Assembly (NCBI GenBank): GCA_950097015.1
Contig: CATNEN010000007.1
Coordinates: 13,020,001-13,084,000 of the forward strand
Length of the DNA: 64,000 nt
DNA from: Macrostomum hystrix
Taxonomy: Eukaryota; Animalia; Platyhelminthes
Direction: 5' to 3'
In this document: positions 46,433-58,800 of the stretch, piece by piece
Numbering within the stretch: the stretch's first letter is position 1
Layout of the letters: every line of letters begins with the position of its first letter
Made by a program: the position numbers and the translations under genes
Notes under the pieces: model-generated
Databases searched by the model: none
Seen by the model: only the letters and a program-made list of their open reading frames with translations
What the model was told of the DNA's origin: nothing

Positions 46433-49400
46433 CTAGGCAATGACGACCGGGCGTTAATTTTTGCTCCCCAGCTCAATAAATGTTCTATATAATTGAATCC
46501 TTAATGCCAAGTTTCTCGATGAAACCACACCTGTTTGTCCTGCTCAGCAAACTTCTCGGCCTCCTTGACCATCTTGTCAATCTCATCCGGCTTCAGTCGG
46601 CTCTGGTCGTTCTTTATGGTGATCTGCTGCTTGTTGCCGGTGCCCTTGTCCTCTGCGGTAACCTGAAATTTAGATTAAGCACGTGAATTGTTCAGCTTGC
46701 TACTTGTAAGTAGCGCAGTTAGCACTGGCTGGTAGAAATCTGCAAGGCAGTCGGTTGCAACAAGTAAACCCAGTAGAGAGAGCCAGGCGGAGCGTTGAAA
46801 GCTGACGTCATGCCCAGAGGGAGTAGAGGGAGCAGGTGCAGCGGAGCTGAGTGAGCAATTGAAACTTAGCTGACGTGGTTGCCAAGTCACATTGCACCCT
46901 CGGGTTTATTTCTCTTGAGTCCCACCCCACCCTGACCCACTCGGCGTTGCCTAGCGGTGCGAAACTGCATAGCGGTTCCCGGATTTCAAGGCTGCGGTCA
47001 ATTGAAAGTTACTCTTATTGAATGCAAAGCTTTGCTAAAATTAGAGGAGAAATTCTCTTCTAGTCAATATTGCCCATAACATTGCAAACTACTCAAATCT
47101 AGCACAAGAATCAGAACTATAGCTCTACAACACAAAGACACTCGTGGGCCGCATGGAATACACGAGGGCCGTAGCCGGAATGCCGAGCATTAGCATGGGG
47201 GTGTCTCAATGCCATCCCCTGGCCGGCACATATCATCAGGAAGGCTGCAGAGGCTAAGGCTGCCTCTGGCCACCCTCTGACCAGCCCTGACTCCTGCTCT
47301 GCTGCAACATGTGCTGCGTGCGCACACTGCACGCTCACGCTCACACGTGACGGGAGAGCAGAGCGGCAAGGGGGCTGCAGCAACTCACACGCAACAGTTC
47401 GCTCCACGCCGGCAGCAGCAAGCATGATTCAGCAACAGCAGCAGCAGCGGCGGCTGCAGGAGCCGGCCAGCCGTCCCCAACCCCATTGTTGGCCAGGCTC
47501 GCTGCATCGACACACAGTGTGGCAGCAGAACAGCCACCCCTCTGCTCAGTCCGCCAGCTGGTTCAATGCACAATCGGCATACAGCAGTCTCGCTCGGATC
47601 CTAATGTCAGTGCCAGTTTGAGCAACCCCCACCCCGAGTGGTAAGAACAGTCACCCAAATGCTTGGCTGAGCACTGGGCAGTAAACTCGTGAAACAGAAA
47701 CGGCCAGGGGTTGCTTTAAACAGAAAAGTTACAACTGAAGCTTTCAAATGCAAACTTATGTTGCTCCAGTGCTCAGTGTGTTCAACTTGCCCCCCAGGGC
47801 CTAGTCATATTCTAGAAGCTTTGAACCTGTTACTTACATGCAGATAACACATGATTACACAAAGCCTTAAACAGCTCGATCTGATCAAACAAATCAAAAT
47901 GGGAGAACTGCTCCAAGCTTCAGTAAGGGTGACAAAGTTTTGACTTTAAGGAGTCACCACTGAAATCAAAGGAATGTAATCAATTATTTCCGAGGTCTGT
48001 ATCATATCTCGCTTCGATTTCATACTGAGCACTGTCTCATCCTGAGAACTGGCTACAATCTTACACTGAGCAGCTGTCTCATCCTGAGAACTGGCTAGAA
48101 TCTTACACTGAGCAGCTGTCTCATCCTGAGAAATTGCTACAATCTTACTGAACAGCTGTCTGATCTTGATAACTCGCTTTAATTTAACACTGAGCAGCTG
48201 TCTCATACTAGAGAATCTAACCGATTCTAAGTCAAGACCGCCTCTCACCTTCAGAATGCCGTTGGCGTCGATCTCGAAGGTGACCTCCACCTGAGGGACG
48301 CCTCTAGGCGCAGGTGGGATGCCGGTGAGGTCAAATCGACCCAGAAAATGGTTGTCAGCAGCCATCGCCCGCTCGCCCTCGTACACTGCCACCATCACGG
48401 TGTCCTGGTTGTCGTCAACAGTGGTGAAAATGTCCCGCTTCTTGGTGGGAATCGGCGTGTTTCGGTTGATTAGCTTGGCCATCACGCCACCCTCGATCTC
48501 CATTCCTGCAGGACAGAATAAAAACAGATTTTCGTAAGTAGGACTCCATAGTAGCTGGGAATGAGTATAAGTTTCCCAATTCACAATGCTCGCTAACCCG
48601 AAACACAAAAAACAATTGACAATGGAGCAGCATAATCAGAAGTGACAGATACAACACGAGCAAGCAGAGAGCTCTTGCTCAGCTGGAACATCAAGCAGCA
48701 CGCAGGGCTTTTCGGCCTATTATCCAAGCACCGCTTTAACATTGAAAGTAAAAATCAGAACCTAAATCGTTAAATTAATATTCAGTCCCAACCCAGAACT
48801 AACCAAGCGTAAGCGGGCAGACATCGAGCAGCAGGAACTCTCCAGTGCTTTCGTCTCCAGCGAGCACGCCAGCCTGTACAGCGGCACCGTAGGCAATGGC
48901 CTCGTCCGGATTGATGCCGGTGTGGGGTGCCTTGCCATTGAAGTAGTCCTTCACCAGCTGCTGCACCTTAGGGATTCGGGTGGAGCCGCCCACCAGCACC
49001 ACCTCGGTAATGTCCTCCTTCTTCAGGTTAGCATCCTTCAGCACTTTGCCGACTGGCACGATAGTGGACTTGAAAAGGTCAGCGTTCAGCTCCTCGAACT
49101 TGGCGCGGGTCAGCGACTCGCTGAAGTCCTCGCCATCGATCAGCGACTCGACCTCGACGCGGGCGGAGTGGGCGGAGCTGAGCGCCCGCTTGGCCTTCTC
49201 AACCTCGCGACGGAGTTTCTGAATGGCGCGCTGGTCCTTGGATAGATCCTTGCCGGTCTTCTTCTTGTACAGCTCCACGAAGTAGCGGATGACACGCTGG
49301 TCGAAGTCTTCGCCGCCAAGGTGAGTGTCGCCGTTGGTGGCGATAACCTCGAACACGCCGTTGTCGATGGTCAGCAGCGAGACATCAAATGTGCCGCCGC

Positions 49401-50278
49401 CCAGATCGAAGACGAGAATGTGCCTCTCACCACCTTCCTTCTTGTCGAGTCCGTAGGCGATGGCGGCTGCGGTGGGCTCGTTGATGATACGCAGCACGTT
49501 GAGGCCAGCGATGGTACCGGCGTTCTTCGTGGCCTGCCGCTGGGCGTCGTTGAAGTAGGCTGGCACTGTGATCACAGCGTTCTCCACTTTGCGGCCCAGG
49601 TATCCCTCTGCAATGTCGCGCATCTTTCCCAGAACCATGGCAGAGATTTCCTCAGGCGCGAACTCCTTGTCCTCGCCGCCGACCTTCACTCCAATGAAGG
49701 GTTTGCCATCCCGTTCGATCACCTGAAGGAGTAAAAAGTTTTCAAGAGTTAAAAAACTTATGGTAAACTAATGGTAATAATAAGGTAAAATTCAGCATGG
49801 TAATATGGTAATAATAAGGTAAAAATGACTTGCACATATTACTCCATTGATTCCAATCAAAGCTCACCTTGAATGGGAAGTACTTGACATCATGCTGAAT
49901 CGATGGGTCGGACCACACACGGCCAATGATACGCTTAGCATCAAAAACAGTGTTCTCAGGGTTGGTCGTCAGCTGGTTCTTTGCTGCATCGCCAACCAAC
50001 CGCTCACCATCTTGGGTGAATGCTACATAGCTAGGAGTGATGCGGTTGCCCTGGTCATTTGGCAGGATCTCAACACGGCCATTCTTAAAGATGCCCACAC
50101 AGGAGTAGGTGGTACCTAGGTCGATGCCAATAACTGGTCCAATATCCTTCTTCTCTTTCTTCTTTTTGTCAGCCTCCTCACCTGCCTTTTTCTCATCTGC
50201 ATTGGCAGGTACAAGGGAGGATGCAATTAGGGTAAATAGGAGCAGCAGGGCTGCTGAGTGTAGCAACTGACTAGCCAT
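46103..50278 (-). CDS. HSPA5: ER Hsp70 (BiP/GRP78); exons 50278-49868, 49722-48804, 48505-48249, 46662-46531, 46432-46103; 682 aa
   Basis: Signal peptide; [24 protein letters not shown] and [14 protein letters not shown] signatures; BiP-like [10 protein letters not shown] and [11 protein letters not shown]; C-terminal KEEL ER-retrieval signal; phase-consistent GT-AG introns. Confidence 0.93.
46531..46662 (-). CDS. HSPA5: BiP exon 4 (not in the ORF track)
   Basis: [44 protein letters not shown]. Confidence 0.9.
48023..48208. repeat. Degenerate ~48-bp tandem repeat in BiP intron 3
   Basis: ACTGAGCAGCTGTCTCATCCTGAGAA.. recurs 3-4 times. Confidence 0.75.
48249..48505 (-). CDS. HSPA5: BiP exon 3 (substrate-binding beta domain)
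   Basis: [24 protein letters not shown]; donor AAG|GTGAGA. Confidence 0.92.
48804..49722 (-). CDS. HSPA5: BiP exon 2 (nucleotide-binding domain)
   Basis: [16 protein letters not shown]; donor G|GTTAGT. Confidence 0.93.
49868..50278 (-). CDS. HSPA5: BiP exon 1
   Basis: MASQLLH.. signal peptide, GIDLGTT; donor AAG|GTGAGC. Confidence 0.9.
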
Positions 50279-51267
50279 TATAACTGTTGGCTTAGGTGGC
50301 CTCACTAGAGCTGGAAAAATGTGACCAATGCAATACTTTAGTCATGGACCACATAAGAGCATTTTCAGTTTGTCAACATATATAAGTTAGCAAAGAACTA
50401 GTTTATCTACTTATATAACTTGTCACCTATAAGTCAATAAACAATTAATGCATTTAGCTCAGTTAAGTTCTTGTGTTTCCTTGCATCTGAACTCACTATT
50501 TAAAGCTATTTTAAAGAAATGACAGTATAACAAAGCTTTGCCTTCTTATGTTTGAGACTAGTATAATAGCAATACAGTATTAACAATAAAAAGTATATAT
50601 AAGAGCAGAGGATGAAATATTTTCTTCATGGAATAATAACAGGTTAAATTTCACAAAATAGCCATTAATTCCATTGTAAGATATAACAGAAAATACACTT
50701 TGCTTTAATTCATAAAACCTTAAACAACGTGCTTCGCTTTACAATCTCACGTCTTCATCGAGGCCACTATTATAAGAAAGGTTAGACGACTGCAAATGCA
50801 AATAATGTGTTTCAAATCGTGACAAGCAATACAAAATTAATAGTCTTTGAATGCTACACAACGAAGCACGTCCACGGCTCTACAGCAAACAAATATTCGT
50901 AAGCTCCCGGCATGAGCTCTCCAGAATTTATAGCCGATCGTGCTACTTTGAATTATTTATAATTCTTTACAACTATGATTTTTAAAAACTGCTAAATTAA
51001 GCTACTCGTTTTTTATTTTTAAAGATTTTATGCATTGCCTTAATTTCTTATTATCTTTTTATTGAACTTATTCTTAACATTTTTGCTTAACTATTAAGAG
51101 TAAGATGGCAATTTCAATTTTATTTAGTTTCTACGAATGCACAACGACAGCTATCCATTATGTATACGGCGCCTTCCTCTATTATATCTGTCTGACTGTA
51201 GTTGTCGTCCTACTTAATTTTATTTGTTTTTTTATCGTAAAAACAGTAACAACGTTAACTAGATATA
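50279..51267. promoter_or_regulatory. AT-rich divergent (bidirectional) promoter region between BiP and GST
   Basis: Head-to-head ATGs about 990 bp apart; TATA-like CTATAAA on the minus strand near 50927-50933; several ACGT cores. Confidence 0.5.
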
Positions 51268-53798
51268 ATGAGTCTAAAGGTTTTTTATGACTTAATGTCG
51301 CAGCCTGCCAGAGCAGTTCTCCTTTTTCTAAAGAAAAACACAATCGATCATACTCCCGTTTTGATTGATCTTCGGCGTCGTAAGTAAATGTGGCTGGTGT
51401 TCAGGATTATTATGTCGGTTCATCGGCTTATTTTCCGCTCATCATGAAAGTATTTTCTGTAGATGGTGTGATTAGCTGGATTAAAATTCAAGCATTATGC
51501 TGCGAAGTAAAAAATGTTAGGGAAGCTGATTTATGCTGGAAAACTTGCGTTTAAATTTGACAGCAGACTTTTTTGTTTCCTGTGCAGCCATTTTAAATAA
51601 CTTTAAACTAATCAATAAAGTTTTTTTATCTCAATTATATCTCGATAACTTAATATCATGCATATAACTTAATATATGAGAAGCTCTCACATGGCTGAAG
51701 CCCTGGAGTGTTGGGATTTTTTTCCTGCCTCCTTTACTGAACTAAAAAACTGATGTAGTTTAAATATGATCCATCCACAGATATAAATCAAAATAATATA
51801 CATATTAGTATTATACTCTTGTTAATTATGAGATCGAAATTCTGCATTTATGTCTCCTTAAACATTATGGCTAGTGCACATGTACCTGCATCATTTTAAA
51901 ATACATATGTTTGGGTCGGTCTAAAAAGGAATTAGATAAATTAATTAGAGAATTAGAGATCTAATTTAATAATAACAATAGCACTTTTTGATTTTAGTGG
52001 CTGCAATTGTGCATTTGTGCCAACTGTGCAGCCAACAGCACAGTAGTAGGCCTCTAAAGTATTTTTTCTTTTCTATAGTGTTTTAGTTTCGATAAAACCA
52101 TAGTCAAAGTCTTCATTTTGTTGCAAAAGTTAGTGAAAGGTGATGCCAAAGAGATGCAAGAATTTTTCAAAATAAAATAATATAGCAAACTGACTAGCAA
52201 TGGGTTTAAGCCCTGCAAAACTGTACAAAAACAAATGTGTAAACCAGCAAGGGTAAAGTAACAGTATGCAAGAAAGTAGAATCAAAAGAGTGAGAGAGTC
52301 AGTGAGGTGACAGTGGAAAACTAAAGAGCAAGCCTAAGCGTTGCAATTATAAATTTTAATGGTTTGTGTCATTATTAACTTGGGCAGAACATTCAACATT
52401 AGAACAGTCCATGTACAGCTTGAACTGTTGCAGAACATGAACAAAGCATTATAATATCATGATGTGATATGGGCTAGTCATGATGTGGCCATCAATATTT
52501 AACAAGTTACACTTGTATATATATCGATCTTTCAACTCACTACAATCACAAAAAAATCATTTTTTACTGACTGTCTTGACTTGACTTGCTTTAAGCTATC
52601 TTGGCTGTTTTGAAATCTTGAATCTGCATTTACATGTGCTACATTGAGCCAACCAAAAACGACCAATCCCACAGGTGCTCACCTCACGCCCGAGTTCCGC
52701 CAGGTGAACCATTTTCAGCGGGTGCCGGCAATTGAAGACGGCGGCTTCGTCCTGTCGGAGAGCGCCTCCATCCTGCGTTATCTGTGCCGCCGCTACCCCT
52801 GCCCGGACCATTGGTACCCGCAGGACACTAAGGCTCGGGCTCGCATCGACCAGTACTTGGACTGGCAGCACCTCAACACCCGGCTTAATGCGGCGCTGCT
52901 GTTCCAGACACTCGTTATCCGGCCGCGTGCCACCGGCCAGCCTGTGGATGAACAGCGGGCCGAATTCTACCGGCAGGTGAGCGGAGTACAGAGAGTTCGC
53001 AGTTAGCAGGCTCTGCTCCAATTGGCTGGCTGGATAAAATAATAAGTATAAATATTATATTAATATGATATAATTATATCAATAATAATAGCTGCTGCGC
53101 CCCAAATGAATGTGGCCTCGCCGCGGAATCGAGCTCAGGGACCGTGGTGCTAGAGGCAAATGCGTTAAACGCTCTGCCACTCACCATCCTTGGCTGGCTG
53201 GAAGACCTCTTTTACTTTACTGTTACATTGTCCATTTCTACGAATGATTTCGATTCACCTGTTCACTGTTCATTCTGTTAGTGCACAACAACAATTGGCG
53301 AGGAAATTGTTGAAAAGTGAATATCTGAGAATATCATGCTTCAGCTGAGACCAGAATATTGCTGTGTATTGCTTGCTTTCTCCGCTGTTAAATGCGAGTT
53401 AAGTCGGACGAATTGTCATGGAACTCTTGGGAATTGCGCTGGTGCTAGGTATTGATGTTTTAATTCATTCAGCTCTGTGATCTATTTTTCCACAGGAGCT
53501 GGCTGGCACACTGGACCACATGGAAAATTTCTTCCTGCGGGAAACCCCTTACCTGTCAGCTGACCGCATAAGCATCGCTGACCTCCTGGCCGCCTGCGAG
53601 CTGGAACAGCCGACGGCCTGCGGCTTTGCCTACAGCGCCGATTCGCACCCGCGCCTGCTGGCCTGGATGGGCCGCGTCAAGGCCGACCTTGCGCCACACT
53701 TTGAAGAGGTTCACCGGATTCTCTACATGGTGCGCGACCGCTACAGGGCCGGCCAGCTCGATGTGAGCTCCGGCGGCGCACCCGCGCCCAAGATCTGA
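51268..53798 (+). CDS. GSTT: Glutathione S-transferase, theta class; exons 51268-51379, 52675-52976, 53496-53798; 238 aa
   Basis: Exon 1 (not in ORF track) reads MSLKVFYDLMSQPARAVLLFLKKN with the catalytic Ser; VPAIEDGGFVLSESASILRYL; DHWYPQDTKARARIDQYLDWQH; ISIADLLAACELEQP. Confidence 0.92.
53060..53180 (-). mobile_element. tRNA-derived SINE-like element, copy 2 (GST intron 2)
   Basis: Minus strand: A-box-like TGGCAGAGCG, B-box-like GCTCGATTCC, ...CGAGGCCA, short body, then a (TAT)n-type AT-rich tail. Confidence 0.65.
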
Positions 53799-54450
53799 GG
53801 GGCTATTCAGCAGAGCAAGCAAGCCATTACAGCTATCGTGGTGGTTTGCTGGTCCATTGAAACAATTCTAAACTTTTCCCACAGAGCTTGAAGTGTTTGC
53901 AGCCATATCACTTGAGTTTCGAGGGCAAGTGATGTCACAAAAAGGAAGTCAGGTTTCGCCTGTCCAAGCTTGAGTACACACACGCGGATCCAAAATTGAA
54001 GCTTCGCTGACCATTCACTTATTATCATGCTATAACTTTCTGATTGCTGTCACCTTAGGTATCTGGCTCATACATTCATTCTGTTTATCCCATTCTCAAA
54101 TTCTGGACTTTGCTTCGCTCAGCCTGTCGTAGTCTGTCCTGTGAACGGCTGCGCTTGCATTCGGCATCGGCAAGCCGATTCCTATTTCTTTCGAATTCCG
54201 TGCGCCAGTTTATTTTCTGATTCTTTGCCAGTGTAATCTTAGTTTATGTGGAATAAATTTTTTGTTTATGGTTGCATTAATTCCCTAGACCGTTCAAGCA
54301 CAACGAGATGCTGACCAAAATTAATAATGAACTTGATTGAGTTGAGTAGACCACCAATGAGCTCCTCAGTGAGCAAAAAATACTTCTGTGCTCTCAGCAG
54401 CACTCGCTTATTGTTGGTCTATTGTTCCTTGCTCCTATCAAACGCTGCTA

Positions 54451-55332
54451 CACCTGCCACACCCGAGTACCCACTGTACTTAGATTCCCCACTGCAGCAA
54501 CCTGCCACACCCGAGTACCCACTGTACTTAGATTCCCCACTGCAGCAACCTGCCACACCCGAGTACCCACTGTACTTAGATTCCTTATTGCAGCAACCTG
54601 GCACACCCGAGTACCCACTGTACTTAGATTCCCACTGCAGCAACCTGCCACACCCGAGTACCCACTGTACTTAGATTCCCCACTGCAGCAACCTGCCACA
54701 CCCGAGTACCCACTGTACTTAGATTCCTTATTGCAGCAACCTGCCACACCCGAGTACCCACTGTACTTAGATTCCCCACTGCAGCAACCTGGCACACCCG
54801 AGTACCCACTGTACTTAGATTCCTTATTGCAGCAACCTGCCACACCCGAGTACCCACTGTACTTAGATTCCCCACTGCAGCAACCTGGCACACCCGAGTA
54901 CCCACTGTACTTAGATTCCCTTATTGCAGCAACCTGCCACACCCGAGTACCCACTGTACTTAGATTCCCCACTGCAGCAACCTGCCACACCCGAGTACCC
55001 ACTGTACTTAGATTCCCCACTGCAGCAACCTGCCACACCCGAGTACCCACTGTACTTAGATTCCCCACTGCAGCAACCTGCCACACCCGAGTACCCACTG
55101 TACTTAGATTCCTTATTGCAGCAACCTGCCACACCCGAGTACCCACTGTACTTAGATTCCTTATTGCAGCAACCTGCCACACCCGAGTACCCACTGTACT
55201 TAGATTCCCCACTGCAGCAACCTGCCACACCCGAGTACCCACTGTACTTAGATTCCCCACTGCAGCAACCTGCCACACCCGAGTACCCACTGTACTTAGA
55301 TTCCCCACTGCAGCAACCTGCCACACCCGAGT
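54451..55332. repeat. 48-bp minisatellite, ~18 copies, between the convergent GST and protease 3' ends
   Basis: ACCTGCCACACCCGAGTACCCACTGTACTTAGATTCCCCACTGCAGCA repeated. Confidence 0.96.
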
Positions 55333-55893
55333 GTTGTTGCTTTTTTGCTTCGGTCTCAGTCCGGTTCTTATTTCGCAGTGGCAATCGAGTGACCAAACGC
55401 AATATGTATATACTTGTCATTAATTGCGCTCGTATTCCGTTAGCGAACACTGGCTGAAAAACTAAAAACTAAAAAAGCAAATATCTTTTTTGTGCAAAAA
55501 GCGTTTGACAGGCGGGCCAAATGGGTATCATTTTATTTTTTCTAGTATTTGAGTTGCTAAAAAGTTCTAATTATCCGATGATCAGACGAATGGCATGGGA
55601 TCTGACTACAAGAAAAGTCATTCTGGTCTCTGACTTGCATAAATTGAAGCAATCAGTCGCTTCGCAGCCCGATTAGGTGAATTTTCTGCTCAGTTTGCAG
55701 GCGGTCATTCATTCTGCCAGCCAGAGATCCCGGACTAATGAAAATCTTGCTTCACTTACAGCAGCAGTGCTTGCCTGTCTACTGATACGTATTCTATTGC
55801 TCAGTGAGAGCCTATAACAGTGAATGCGAAAGCATGACTAGAGTACGCATGTTCAGTGCTGAGCAGCATGACGCAACCACCACGAGGCCGTGG

Positions 55894-58800
55894 TCACGAA
55901 TTGTCGGCGATGGTCCTGTCTATCCAGTCTCTGAAGTAGGGCACATAGGTGTACACTCCCGGCGCATTGGGCTCCGCGCACCCGTTGCCGAAGGAGGTGA
56001 TGCCCACCACAGTATGCCGGGCTGCAAATGGAAACGGAATCGCTCTGAAAAGCTGCATGGATTGAGCGTTGAGCCTCACTGATGTTAGAAGAGTCACGAT
56101 GTGAAAGTCCTCATTCTCACCACTGTCCTGGTTCCCAGTTGGTGACCAGGATAAAAGTCCTTTGGTGCAGTCATTTTTCTCGATTCCGACCTAAATATTC
56201 ACCATGGCGGATGGGGCCCCTCCCTCATGAGGAGTCAGCTATGGGAGACTATCTGCTGGGCTGGTTAAGTGATTAAGTTGGTGCTTGCAATAAGTCCTCC
56301 CGAAAAATGCCTAGCACATTTGTCTGTAGGTCAGCAATCGGACCTTGCCTTCCGATCACACGAAAACCTACCAAAAATTACTTCGAGGGTGCCTCTGGCC
56401 AGTCGCCGCCACCGAGTTACATCATGATCCCATCTGAACTCTGTAGATCCCATCCGTACCGCAGAGAAACAGTCACTCATTTGAGCCGCCACCGAGTTAC
56501 ATCATGATCCCATCTGAACTCTGTAGATCCCATCCATCCCATCATGATCCCATCTGAACTCTGTAGATCCCATCCATCCCATAATGATCCCATCTGAACG
56601 CTAAAGACTCACACTCGCCGCTCCTCGATTCGTAGGCGCCGCCCTTCCCAGAGCCCACTGCCGCGGGCGGGCCGGGGTCAACTATTTTGCAGACCAGCGG
56701 GCCGCCAGAGTCGCCCTGACAGGCGTCGATGCCACCCTCCTTGTAACCGGCGCAGAACATGCGCTCCGTGATGTTCTCAGACTCGTACATGCGGTCGCAG
56801 GTCTCGCGCCTGATAAGTGGCACCTCAGCCATCTGCAGCACCTCCGGATAGTCGAAGCCTATGTCGAGCAGCCGGGGGGGGGAGTTTTTTAGTTCACGAT
56901 CAGAGATTGAATAAGCCCGAGCGCTGTCCCTCATCAGCTCACCTCCCATAGATCCCCAGCCGCTGATGAGGCACTTGGAGTTCGGGTCGTAGTTCATCCT
57001 CTGGTTCTGCCGCGGCAGACAGGCGGGCTGGATGGCCGCGTTAAACTGCAGGTAGCCGCGGCTGTTTTGCTGGATACGAAGCAGGCTGATGTCGTAGTCG
57101 TAGGCGGGTGGGCCGGAGTATTTCTCGTGCTTGATCAGCAGGTCCACCTCGAACTCGCGCTCAAATTGGTCGGGGGCCGTGTTGTTCCAGTCGCCGGCGC
57201 GCACCACAAAAGCCGTCTTGGGCATGCTGCAAGGGTGGGGCGGAGTCTGGACGTTGGTGCCACCAGAATTAGTATATCTTCAATCTTTAAGTTAGATTGC
57301 AGCCTCTCAAACAGGGATTTGAGTGCATGCAGACTTACTTGCTATACGGAAAGCAGTGTGCCGCAGAGAGTATCCAACGGTCGGACAGGATAGTGCCGCC
57401 GCACCATGCGGAGCTGCTGGGCAGCTTGACGTCCGCCCGCAGTCCGGCTGGCCGGATAACCTTCTTCCTGATGCCCACCTGCCAGGGCACCTCGGTGATG
57501 CCGGAGTTGCGACCGCCGCCAATTCGATAGAGGCTGTAGGGCGCCATGCGCTTGCCGCACACATCGGAGTAGTCTGTGGCGAGTTTCGTTTGGTGGCGTA
57601 GTGTACAAGTTTAGTGGTGTTTGCCTGCTTTCAATTTCATTTTTTCACTGAAGTTTTGGACAGCTGAATAGAGCTGACTTCTTATTCTCAGCATTAAGGA
57701 CTCACCGATCTGCGGCTTCTGGGTGGGCCGCGGGTCGGTGATCTCAGGCAGGCCGCAAATGAGCTGCACGGCCTCTTCGATCTCGCAGCTAGACTCGCCC
57801 CAGTCTTTGAGCTGGCAGTCGAAAAGCGAGGTCTCGGTGCCCTCGCAACGGATGTCCTGCAGCCACATCACTAAGCCGTCCGGGGCGTTGAACTGACGGT
57901 GCGGCGCCAGCATCCCCCTGCCTGGAATGCCCAGGTGGCGGCATGCAACCTGCACCTCCTCGTCCGAGAAGTGGTCGTCGCACACCACGCCCTGAATGCC
58001 GCCACGAGAGATCATTAGGACTCCCGCTGTGCTGTTGTGCGACAGAGTAATGTCTGTGGGAGTGGAAGGCAGAAGTTCTGGTGCTTTCCTTGCTGAATCA
58101 CGCATTCAGTTCAGACCAACAGTTCAAGTTCAACAGCCCACCCGCTGCTACTCACTCATGATGTGCGCCAGTCCAACAGCCCACCCGCTGCTACTCACTC
58201 ATGATGTGCGCCAGTCCAACAGCCCACCCGCTGCTACTCACTCATGATGTGCGCCAGTCCAACAGCCCATCCGCTGCTACTCACTCATGATGTGCGCCAG
58301 TCCAACAGCCCATCCGCTGCTACTCACTCATGATGTGCGCCAGTCCAACAGCCCATCCGCTGCTACTCACTCATGATGTGCGCCAGTCCAACAGCCCATC
58401 CGCTGCTACTCACTCATGATGTGCGCCAGTCCAACAGCCCACCCGCTGCTACTCACTCATGATGTGCGCCAGTCCAACAGCCCACCCGCTGCTACTCACT
58501 CAGGATGTGCGCCAGTCCAACAGCCCACCCGCTGCTACTCACTCAGGATGTCGCATTCTGTCTCGTCCCAGCCGTCCGAGCAGTCGGGAACTCCGTCGCA
58601 CATTTTCGATAGCGGGTAGCAGCGGTTATCGCAGCGAACCTCGTGCATGTTGCAAGCTATAGGGAATTTGATTCCGACTTATTTAAGTATTGTTTTGGAA
58701 CTGCGGAATTTTCTGGGCATTCAAGTAAAATTCGTGCCAGGCACTTACGCCTATCTACCAGGCAGACGACGCCGGCCACATTCTTGAGGCTGCAGGCGCC

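Noticed and set aside
54327-55457. ORFs QQPATPEYPLYLDSPL / TCHTRVPTVLRF
   Set aside because: Products of the 48-bp intergenic minisatellite, open in several frames on both strands.
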